A DNA stretch of 39,134 nt from positions 1 to 39,134 of the forward strand of contig JAWOCW010000294.1 in assembly GCA_046483615.1 (NCBI GenBank), given 5' to 3'. This document shows positions 7,961 through 15,910 of the stretch, piece by piece. The notes below the pieces were generated by a model, which made no database searches, was not told the origin of the DNA, and saw only the letters and a list, made by a program, of their open reading frames with translations. The position numbers and the translations under genes are program-made. This DNA is from Desulfosudaceae bacterium. Lineage in GTDB: Bacteria; Desulfobacterota; Desulfobacteria; Desulfobacterales; Desulfosudaceae. Within the stretch, counting starts at the first letter, position 1. Every line of letters starts with the position of its first letter.

Positions 7961-10144
7961 ATGACGACAACCATCAAGGGACATCTTGAGCGGATCACCT
8001 ACCTTAATCCGGACAACGGTTTCACGGTGGCGCAACTGCAGGTTGATGGTCAAGCCGAGCTGGTGACGGTGGTGGGCGATTTCGCCGCTGTTTCACCCGG
8101 CGAATACCTCGTCATGACGGGGGAGTGGAATCATCACCCCAGGTTTGGGAAGCAGTTTCAGGTTTCTGAATACAGGACCGAAATGCCGGTCAGCCTGGAA
8201 GGTATCCGGCGGTACCTCGGGTCGGGCCTGGTCAAGGGTATCGGGCCGGTCATGGCCGAACGGATCACCGGCATGTTCGGCGCTGATACGCTTAAAATCA
8301 TGAACAGCAACGTGGAGAAGCTGAGCCTGGTACCGGGTATCGGGAAAAAACGGCTGGACATGATCAAGAAGGCCTGGCGGGAACAAAGAGAAATCCGGAA
8401 TGTCATGGTTTTTCTGCAAAGCTGCGGACTCGGCGCGGGTTATGCCGTTAAAATTTTCAAAACTTACGGTCAGCAGGCTATCGAGATGGTCAGGTCCGAT
8501 CCCTATCGGCTGGCCGCGGATATTCATGGTATCGGTTTTGCCACGGCGGACGCGGTCGCCGGGAAACTGGGCTTTGAAAAAAACAGCCGGCAGCGCCTTC
8601 GCGCCGGAGTGACGCATGTTCTGAACAGTCTGGCCGATGAAGGTCATGTCTGTTTCCCGGAGTCTGATCTGCTGGATAAAGGCGTCGAGATCCTGGAAGT
8701 GAGCCGGCCGGCACTGGCCGCGGAAATAGAGGCCATGACCGGTGATCGGCATCTTCAAATCGAAACGCTTACGACGGCCGGCGATGGTGACGACCAGGAC
8801 GGGGGGATCCGGGTGGTTTACCTGGCCGGTCTGCACTGGTGCGAAACAATGATCGCCCGGCAGGTGGATGATTTGCTGCGAACCGCCCGGGCGGTTCGCG
8901 AAATTGATACCAGCAAAGCGGTCGACTGGGTTCAGTCCAAATTGGACATGACCCTGGCTGAGCGGCAGATCGAGGCTGTTAAAACAGCCGCCACCGATAA
9001 GCTGATGGTCATAACCGGCGGCCCGGGAACCGGTAAAACGACCATTGTCAGAGCGATTTTGAAAATTTACGCCGCCCTCGGGGCCAGGATACTCCTGGCC
9101 GCGCCCACCGGCCGTGCCGCCCGGAAATTAAAGGAAGCCACCGGTCATGACGCCCGGACCATTCACCGGCTGCTGGAGTACAGCCTGGTCAAGGGCGGGT
9201 TCCAGAAAAACAGCGATCGGCCCCTGGCCTGTGATCTGCTGGTCATAGATGAGGCCTCCATGATTGACACCATCCTGATGTACTACCTTCTGCAGGCGGT
9301 GCCGTTGACGGCCACCGTCGTGCTGGTGGGAGACGTCAACCAGCTTCCCGCGGTGGGGCCGGGCAATGTTCTTAATGACATGATCGCTTCCGGCCGGGTG
9401 CCGGTGGTTACCCTGAACGAAATTTTCCGGCAGGCTCAGAAGAGCCGGATAGTGGTGGCCGCTCATCTGATAAATCAGGGGGTTGTTCCCGACCTTCAGC
9501 AGGTCTCTGATGAAAGCGACTTTTTTTTTATCAGATCGTCCGAGCCGGACAATGTCGTTAACGTCATCACGGAACTGGTTACGGAGCGCATTCCCCGTCG
9601 TTTCGGGCTGGATGCCGTCGATGATATCCAGGTGCTTACTCCCATGCATAAGGGCACGGCCGGGGCCGCCAACCTCAACCGTCTGTTGCAGGAGGCCTTA
9701 AATCCGTCGGGGGGCGGTATTGTCCGGGGAAACACCACCATGGCCGTGGCGGACAAGGTCATGCAGATTCGAAATAATTATGACAAAGCCGTTTATAACG
9801 GGGATATCGGCCGGGTTACCCGGATAGATCATGATGCCCGGCAGGTAACGGTTGAGTTTGACGGCCGGCCGGTTTTATACGAGCAGAACGATCTGGATGA
9901 ACTTGTGCTGGCCTATGCCATCTCCATCCATAAATCCCAGGGTTCGGAATATCCGGCGGTGGTTATTCCCGTGCTGACCCAGCATTACGTCATGTTGCAG
10001 CGTAACCTGATTTATACCGCCGTCACCCGCGGCCGGCGCCTGGTCATCCTGGTAGGTACCGTCCGGGCCCTGGCCATCGGCATCAAAAACAACCGGACCG
10101 GCCAGCGTTATACCGGCCTGAAGCAAAGGCTGCTGCCAAAATAA
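7961..10144 (+). CDS. recD2: SF1B ATP-dependent RecD-like DNA helicase (RecD2 type)
   Basis: 727 aa. The N-terminal OB/HhH part (GLVKGIGPVMAERI, VPGIGKKRLDMI) is followed by helicase motifs GGPGTGKTT, LVIDEASM, LVGDVNQLPAVGPG, AISIHKSQGSEY and IYTAVTRG. Confidence 0.9.
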   Translation: MTTTIKGHLERITYLNPDNGFTVAQLQVDGQAELVTVVGDFAAVSPGEYLVMTGEWNHHPRFGKQFQVSEYRTEMPVSLEGIRRYLGSGLVKGIGPVMAERITGMFGADTLKIMNSNVEKLSLVPGIGKKRLDMIKKAWREQREIRNVMVFLQSCGLGAGYAVKIFKTYGQQAIEMVRSDPYRLAADIHGIGFATADAVAGKLGFEKNSRQRLRAGVTHVLNSLADEGHVCFPESDLLDKGVEILEVSRPALAAEIEAMTGDRHLQIETLTTAGDGDDQDGGIRVVYLAGLHWCETMIARQVDDLLRTARAVREIDTSKAVDWVQSKLDMTLAERQIEAVKTAATDKLMVITGGPGTGKTTIVRAILKIYAALGARILLAAPTGRAARKLKEATGHDARTIHRLLEYSLVKGGFQKNSDRPLACDLLVIDEASMIDTILMYYLLQAVPLTATVVLVGDVNQLPAVGPGNVLNDMIASGRVPVVTLNEIFRQAQKSRIVVAAHLINQGVVPDLQQVSDESDFFFIRSSEPDNVVNVITELVTERIPRRFGLDAVDDIQVLTPMHKGTAGAANLNRLLQEALNPSGGGIVRGNTTMAVADKVMQIRNNYDKAVYNGDIGRVTRIDHDARQVTVEFDGRPVLYEQNDLDELVLAYAISIHKSQGSEYPAVVIPVLTQHYVMLQRNLIYTAVTRGRRLVILVGTVRALAIGIKNNRTGQRYTGLKQRLLPK

Positions 10145-10187
10145 AACTTCAGAGGTCTCGGGGCAAGTGGCTCTTTTTCGCACCGGG

Positions 10188-10343
10188 CGCCCGAAGGGTG
10201 AATTTTTTTGATATAAAATTGCCTTTATTCCGCAAATCCCAAATGACAATTTGTAATTATGTAATGATTACTTAATGCAATATAAATAATTGGAATAATG
10301 CAATAAAGTATTTCTTTTCAAAAAAATTCATGAAATATTCGGG
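10188..10343. repeat. 156-bp AT-rich MITE-like repeat unit, copy 1, with internal imperfect terminal inverted repeats
   Basis: 150/156 identical to 10458..10613. The left arm is CCCGAAGGGTGAATTTTTTTGATATAAAATTGCCTTTATTCC (10190-10231). The reverse complement of the right arm (10292-10343) is CCCGAATATTTCATGAATTTTTTTGAAAAGAAATACTTTATTGCATTATTCC. The two arms share the blocks CCCGAA, TGAATTTTTTTGA and ATTGCNTTATTCC. Confidence 0.8.
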
Positions 10344-10364
10344 TTAACCCGGATATTTCACGAG
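10320..10364 (-). terminator. 38-bp palindrome (TTCATGAAATATTCGGG TTAA CCCGGATATTTCACGAG) followed on the minus strand by AA + U7. Terminator-like.
   Basis: The minus strand reads CGTGAAATATCCGGG-TTAA-CCCGAATATTTCATG (15-bp stem, one C.A mismatch, one G.U pair), then AATTTTTTT (10328-10320). Confidence 0.4.
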
Positions 10365-10459
10365 TCGATTTGAGCGCAGCTGCAAGGCGCAGGACACGAA
10401 GCTGTAGTAAGTCTACCGCAAGTGTCCTGCAACAAAGCAGATGCGCTCAAGGCGACTCG
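10361..10459. ncRNA. 99-nt GC-rich rod-like hairpin between the two repeat copies. Candidate structured RNA or DNA element of unknown class.
   Basis: Nested stems that I paired by hand: 10361-10367/10453-10459 (7 bp), 10370-10377/10443-10450 (8 bp), 10378-10383/10437-10442 (5 of 6), 10389-10397/10422-10430 (9 bp), and an apical 10404-10407/10413-10416 stem with loop TAAGT. I did not recognise a known RNA family. Confidence 0.3.
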
Positions 10460-10613
10460 CCCGCAGGGTGAAATTTTTTGATATAAAATTGCCTTTATTC
10501 CACAAATCTAAAATGACAATTTGTAATTATGTAATGATTACTTAATGCAATATAAATAATTGGAATAATGCAATAAAGTATTTCTTTTCAAAAAAATTCA
10601 TGAAATATCCGGG
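10458..10613. repeat. 156-bp AT-rich MITE-like repeat unit, copy 2
   Basis: Direct repeat of 10188..10343 at a 270-bp offset, with 6 substitutions. Its last 16 nt supply the final codons and the stop of the decarboxylase gene (..PDPDIS*). Confidence 0.8.
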
Positions 10614-12262
10614 TCAGGATAATGGTGGTGATAAATGGCTTCCTGTTCGTCCAGGATCTCGTTTAAGACGCTCAGGTCGGTCATGGGGTTCATGATGACG
10701 CAACGCAGGACGACAATGCCACGTTCATCATGGCGACGCATGAGGGTGGTCCGGGAGACGAAGCTTTTGCCCGCCTCTCGTTGAACTCGTTGAACGGTGC
10801 GATTGATTTCGTTCAGTTGCCTGGCGGCTTGGTCCTTTTCCGCTTCCGTACCCGTCAGGATATCATTTTTAAAACCGGGCGGACAGACCCGGTAGGTCAG
10901 TATGTTTAATTGCGGTTCGGTAACAAGTTCAAATAATTCCCTTCGTTTTATCTCCGCGGCAAATTGGCGGGCCGTGTTCAGGCCGTGATCGATCAGCAGG
11001 GCGTAGCCGTTTTTACCCATTATTTTCAGGGCGCTGTCCAGGATCAAGGAATTGGCTTCCCGGGAGCCGGACAAGGATTTGATGCCCAGGTCGACGGAAC
11101 CGTGCCGGTTGACGTAATTGGCGTAATAGGCAACGCTGTCCATGGTCCAGGGAGATTTGAAGTATACCATGCCGCAGCTCATGGGCAGGTAGAGCTGTTT
11201 GTGGCCGTCGATGGTGACTGAATCCGCCAGCTCGATGCCGTCCAGCAGGTGATGATAAGTTTTCGACATCAGGGTGGGTCCGCCCCAGGCGGCATCCACG
11301 TGAAAGAACAGGTTCTCTTCGGCGCAGATTTCCCCGATCTGGCGCAGGGGATCAATGGCCCCGGTTTCAGTGGCGCCGGCTATGCCGACCACCGCGATTA
11401 TGCGGCTGTCTCCCGCTTGCTTGATCCTGGTGATGGTCCGCTGCAAGCAATCTATATTGAGCCGGTGATCGGAATCCACGTCAATGGCGACAATGTTGCG
11501 GTTACCCAGGCCGAGCAGGCCGCCGGCTTTTCGCAGGGAATAATGCCCCCGCCGGGAGACCAGCACGACGCTGTTGTTGATGTGGTAATGCTGATAAGCC
11601 GCCGGCACGCCTTCAATCTCGATACCCCCGAAGTCTCCATCCGGCCCCAAAGCCAGATTCCGGGCCACCCACAAAGCCGTCAGATTGGCGGTGGTGCCGC
11701 CTTCGACAAAACATCCCAGGGTGGAATCCGCGTTCTGGACGTGCTCCTGGTAGAAATTATCCGGAAGATCAAAGATCAGCCGGTGGATTTTTGCCAGAAC
11801 CTGTTTTTCCAGAACGGAAAAGACTTTGGATGTTTCGACTTTGACCACGTTCTGGTTAAGAGCCGCGGCAATGGTTTTCAAATGAACCATGAAAAAAGGA
11901 ACGGCCGAGGTCATGTGCCCGACAAAGTATGGCGAAGCAACATTCACGGCATGGGGGGATATTTCTCTGATCAGTTCCCGGATAACTTCGGCCAGCTTTT
12001 TTTCCGGGTTGTCGCTGATAACGGTATTGGTGAAATTCCGGGAAAGGTCCTTGAGGCTGATGGCTTCGGTGATGCCGACGTGTTTGCCCAGAAATTCGTG
12101 CAGTCCGAACAGGATCTGTTCCATGTACTTGACCAGGGTTGCCCGGCAGGCCTCGTCCTCGGGACGGATAAAGGTTCGCATCAGGGTCTGCCAGTCGGCG
12201 ATCAGCCCGGAGGAGGCAGCCGGATCAGGCGCTGTCTCTTCCCTTGGAGTGGTATTCATCAT
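10598..12262 (-). CDS. Group II pyridoxal-phosphate-dependent amino-acid decarboxylase (glutamate/aspartate/tyrosine decarboxylase family; substrate not assignable)
   Basis: PLP-lysine context SVTIDGHKQLYLPMSCG, plus GGTTANLTALWVAR and HVDAAWGG. The likely start is ATG 12262, preceded by AGGA. The track ORF extends to GTG 12301. Confidence 0.85.
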   Translation of the reverse strand: MMNTTPREETAPDPAASSGLIADWQTLMRTFIRPEDEACRATLVKYMEQILFGLHEFLGKHVGITEAISLKDLSRNFTNTVISDNPEKKLAEVIRELIREISPHAVNVASPYFVGHMTSAVPFFMVHLKTIAAALNQNVVKVETSKVFSVLEKQVLAKIHRLIFDLPDNFYQEHVQNADSTLGCFVEGGTTANLTALWVARNLALGPDGDFGGIEIEGVPAAYQHYHINNSVVLVSRRGHYSLRKAGGLLGLGNRNIVAIDVDSDHRLNIDCLQRTITRIKQAGDSRIIAVVGIAGATETGAIDPLRQIGEICAEENLFFHVDAAWGGPTLMSKTYHHLLDGIELADSVTIDGHKQLYLPMSCGMVYFKSPWTMDSVAYYANYVNRHGSVDLGIKSLSGSREANSLILDSALKIMGKNGYALLIDHGLNTARQFAAEIKRRELFELVTEPQLNILTYRVCPPGFKNDILTGTEAEKDQAARQLNEINRTVQRVQREAGKSFVSRTTLMRRHDERGIVVLRCVIMNPMTDLSVLNEILDEQEAIYHHHYPDPDIS

Positions 12263-12641
12263 TCGGTTATCCTGTTCCGCGTGTTTATTGGCGACCGCCA
12301 CCGGCTTTGCCCGGCGCCTGCTTCGCTGGCCTGGTTTTTATCAAAACAAAACCAGTTATTGGGTTTTTACCGTGTTTTCGGAAAATATCAAGGTAAAATC
12401 AAGTTTTTTGTCCAGTCTTTTCGAAAAAAATTTAAAAATATGGCTGGCTTTGTCTGGTGAATGCCATCAGCCGGGGAGTGACATAAATAAAATGATCCCG
12501 GGACCGGCTGGGAGGTTGACATAACAGGAAACTTTATATAAAAAAGACTTTTAACCGGTGACGCCGGCATCATACCCGGGTTGTTTATAAAACCGTCATT
12601 AATAATTTTGCCCGTAAAAGGATTGCTATCAGGAGAAACGC

Positions 12642-15407
12642 ATGGACAAAACAATGATAATCAATGACCAGGAGCTGTCCTTTACCAGGGGCGAGACTAT
12701 TCTGGACGTGGCCTGGCGTAACAGCATTGATATACCCACTTTATGTCATCTGGCCGGAACAACTCCCACCGGCACCTGTCGGGTTTGCGTGGTAGCGGTG
12801 GCCGGACAGGACGATCTGGTGCCGGCCTGCGCGACCCTGGCTGAAGAAAAGATGGTGGTTGAAACCGAATCACCGGAAGTGATCGCTTCACGCCGGGCTA
12901 CCATTCGGGAGATGTTATCGTCGGGCAACCATAATTGCGCGGTCAGCGGTACCTCGGGAAAAGACTGGACCAGTTTCCAATTGTCGGTTCAGGACGCTGA
13001 CGGTGCTGACGAGCTGTGCCCCGCCTGGGGGGACTGCCGGCTGCAGGATCTGGCCTATCGCTACCAGGTGACCGGGGTAGAACCCGGTAAAGATGGCGCT
13101 CCCTATCCCATGGAGCTGGTAAACCCTTTTATTCTGAGGGACTTTTCAAGATGTATCCGCTGCGGCCGTTGTGTCAAGGCCTGTCGGGAGGTCCAGGTCA
13201 ACAATGCCATTGATTGCCGAACTACGGCCGATGGCCTGATCGATAAAATTATTACCACTGATGATCGTCCCCTGGCTGATTCCGAGTGTGTTTTCTGCGG
13301 AGAGTGCGTCCAGGTATGCCCGGTGGGCGCCTTGGTGGAAAAGGACGTCCGCTTCAGCGCCCGGCCCTGGGAAACCCGTAAAATCAAGACTACCTGCAGT
13401 TATTGCGGGGTAGGCTGCCAGATGTACCTGCATGTCAGGGATAATACCGTGGTCAAGGTGACCGGAGCGGAAAACAGCCCCCCCAACTACGGCAGTCTTT
13501 GCGTCAAGGGGCGGTTCGGCTTTCCGTTTATCTCCTCCGAAGAACGGCTGCACACTCCTCTTATCAAGGAAAACGGTCAATTCCGGGAGGCTGCCTGGGA
13601 TGAAGCTATCGGCCTGGTGGCGGAAAAACTGACCGGGATAAAAAACCAGCACGGTCCGGACAGCATCGGCGTGTTTACTTCGGCCCGGATTACCAATGAA
13701 GAAAATTATCTGGCTCATAAGTTTACCCGGGGAGCGTTGAAAACCAATAATATTGATCATTGCGCCCGTCTCTGACATTCCTCCACGGTGGCCGGTCTGG
13801 CCGCCGCGTTTGGAAGTGGTGCCATGACCAATTCCATCGGCGATATTGAAAAGGCGGAAGTTATTCTGGCTACCGGTACCAATACCACTGAAAATCATCC
13901 GGTCATTTCATCTTTTGTTAAACGGGCCGTGGAGCAAAAAGGGGCCACCCTGTTCGTGGTCGATCCGCGCCGGATCAAGTTGAGCCGGTTCGCCCACCAA
14001 TGGCTGCGGCCCAATCCCGGCACGGACGTCGCCTGGATCAACGGGTTGATTCATGTCATCATTCGGGAATCACTGTTCGACCATGAGTTCGTGGATAATC
14101 GCACCACCGGTTTCCAGGACTTGAAGAACACGGTCGACAAGTTTACCCCGGAATTCGTGGAGAGTGTCACCGGTATCGCCGCCGACGATCTGGTGTCGGT
14201 GGCCAGGCAATACGCCGCGGCCAAACACGCCAGTATTATTTACTGCATGGGCATTACCCAGCACACCACCGGCACGGATAATGTCAAGTCCCTGGCCAAC
14301 CTGGCCATGTTGTGCGGTAATCTGGGTATCGAAGGCGGCGGGGTTAATCCCCTGCGCGGGCAGAATAATGTCCAGGGCGCCTGTGATATGGGAGGGCTGC
14401 CCAACGTGCTGACCGCCTATCAGAAGGTGACGGATGAGGCCGCCCGGAAAAAATCCGAGGAGGCCTGGGGCGTCACGGACTTACCGGCTGAACCGGGCTA
14501 TACCTTGACCGAGATGATCCCCCTGGCTCATGAAGGGAAAATCAAGGCGCTTTATGTTATCGGGGAAAATCCGATGGTCTCGGATCCCAACCTGAACCAT
14601 GCCCGGGTTAGTCTGGAAAATCTCGATTTCATGGTGGTGCAGGATATTTTTATGACGGAAACCGCTCAAATGGCGGACGTGGTGCTTCCCTCGGCCTGCT
14701 GGGCGGAAAAGGACGGCACTTTCAGCAACACTGAACGACGGGTTCAGCGCGTCCGGCAGGCGGTCACTCCTCCCGGTCAGGCCAGGCAGGACTGGGAGAT
14801 TATTGCCGCCCTGTCAACAGCCATGGGGCTGCCCATGAATTATCAGAATCCGGAAGAGATCATGGCGGAGCTGGCCCGGTTGACTCCATCTTACGGCGGC
14901 ATTACTTATGACAGAATTGAACGGGAGGGCCTGCACTGGCCCTGTCCGGATACTTCTCACCCGGGGACACCGGTGCTTCACGTTGATAAGTTCCCGTGCG
15001 GCCGGGGAAATTTTCACGCCATTGATTACCTGCCGCCGGACGAACAGGTTGATGATGAATATCCCCTCTGCCTGACCACCGGCCGGCTGATTTATCACTA
15101 TCATACCGGCACCATGACCAGAAAGAGCCAGGGGCTGAACGAACTGGCCCCGGAGAATTTTGTGGAAATTACCGCTGACGATGCCCGGCGTTTCGGACTG
15201 GAAAACGGGGGCATGGCCACCATCACTTCCCGGAGGGGTTCGATTAAAGCCAAGGTCAATGTTTCGGATACCAGTGTGGCCGGCACGGTTTTTATCCCGT
15301 TTCATTTTGCCGAATCCGCGGTCAATCTTCTGACTAATGCCGCGCTTGATCCGGTCGCTAAAATTCCTGAATACAAGGTTTGCGCGGTGAAGCTGAGCCG
15401 GGCATAA
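12642..15407 (+). CDS. fdhA: Formate dehydrogenase catalytic subunit containing selenocysteine. It has N-terminal 2Fe-2S and 2x[4Fe-4S] ferredoxin-like domains and a molybdopterin (Mo/W-bisPGD) domain. The in-frame UGA at 13773-13775 is read as Sec.
   Basis: Track ORFs 12642..13775 and 13788..15407 are in the same frame (offset 1146 = 382 codons). The junction reads [28 protein letters not shown], which matches the E. coli FdhF Sec context HQARVUHGPSVAGL. Cys clusters are CIRCGRCVKAC, CVFCGECVQVCP and CSYCGVGCQ. Confidence 0.9.
13776..13806 (+). promoter_or_regulatory. Bacterial SECIS-like hairpin downstream of the UGA
   Basis: There is a 10-nt spacer after the UGA. The 8-bp stem is 13786-13793 (CGGTGGCC) paired with 13799-13806 (GGCCGCCG), including one G.U pair. 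The apical loop is GGUCU, which resembles the loop of the fdhF SECIS. Confidence 0.6.
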
Positions 15408-15577
15408 GCGGTTGTCTCATCCGGACGGGTGGTCCGATCGGGTGGGTTTCATATCCGGAAAAATATTTTTACCGGTATCGATCAATCAACGAAGCAGGGC
15501 CATCCGGATATTTGCCTAATTTCAGGTTTATACCTGCTGTCACGCGAGGGAGGCGGATTTTTGTCCGTTGGAATATA

Positions 15578-15790
15578 ATGCTTGTGTTAACCCGAAAACT
15601 GAACGAAAAGATAAGGGTTGGTAATGATATCGTTGTTACCGTAATTCAGATTGACAAGGGCAGTGTTAAACTGGGTTTTGAAGCCCCTCCTGACGTGGCC
15701 ATTCACCGGGATGAGGTATACGAGAAGATCGCCGCTGATGATAAGGCCAAAACCGAATCTGGCACTCCGGAGGATGATTCTGGTCAATAA
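15578..15790 (+). CDS. csrA: Carbon storage regulator CsrA (RNA-binding translational regulator) with an acidic C-terminal tail
   Basis: MLVLTRKLNEKIRVGNDIVVTVIQIDKGSVKLGFEAPPDVAIHRDEVYEKI is a near-canonical CsrA. ATG at 15578 lies inside track ORF 15380..15790. Confidence 0.9.
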   Translation: MLVLTRKLNEKIRVGNDIVVTVIQIDKGSVKLGFEAPPDVAIHRDEVYEKIAADDKAKTESGTPEDDSGQ

Positions 15791-15910
15791 TATATTGAAC
15801 AGTCAGCTGATACCGGCCTGTTTTTAACTCTGCTTCCGGTCAAAAGACAGGGGCGATGAGTTTGACAGAAAAATTATTATTTCCGATTGGTCGACCACCA
15901 GGAGACAGGC

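Noticed and set aside
7199-10144. The small ABC-type ATPase plus SF1 helicase pair as a possible Gabija-, Hachiman- or PARIS-like anti-phage defence system
   Set aside because: The helicase has the full canonical RecD2 architecture (N-terminal OB/HhH region plus SF1B motifs) and is of housekeeping type. The ATPase is only 239 aa with no nuclease, Toprim or OLD domain. I found no other defence or mobile genes nearby.
10272-10331. A 19-aa hydrophobic minus-strand ORF in each repeat copy (MNFFEKKYFIALFQLFILH) as a type I toxin, and a short + strand ORF (..MTICNYVMIT)
   Set aside because: No Shine-Dalgarno sequence precedes the ATG. The third partial copy at 20265 carries an extra T that truncates the peptide to MNFF*. 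Substitutions between the copies show no bias towards synonymous changes.
10188-10613. CRISPR array
   Set aside because: There are only two repeat copies. They are 156 bp long, AT-rich and 270 bp apart, and no cas genes are present. This is not CRISPR geometry.
11249-12460. Long antisense ORFs listed in the track (11249..12460+, 36432..37448-, 28950..29807+, 21391..22224+, 13146..13898-, 8093..8836-, 2905..3651+, 30579..31328+, 34113..34754-, 7208..7891-)
   Set aside because: They lie opposite well-supported genes. They have Gly/Pro/Arg/His-rich low-complexity composition with no recognisable motifs, as expected for shadow ORFs in GC-rich coding DNA.
12447-12461. Sigma54 promoter (TGGC-N-TTGC-like string TGGCTGGCTTTGTCT) upstream of fdhA
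   Set aside because: The -12 element does not match TTGC at the required spacing. A sigma70-like TTGACA (12516-12521) with a TATAAA or TAAAAA -10 is the more plausible signal, though still weak.
13773-13775. TGA as a premature stop, making fdhA a pseudogene or two genes
   Set aside because: The frame continues. The residue aligns with the catalytic Sec of FdhF-type enzymes, and a SECIS-like hairpin follows.
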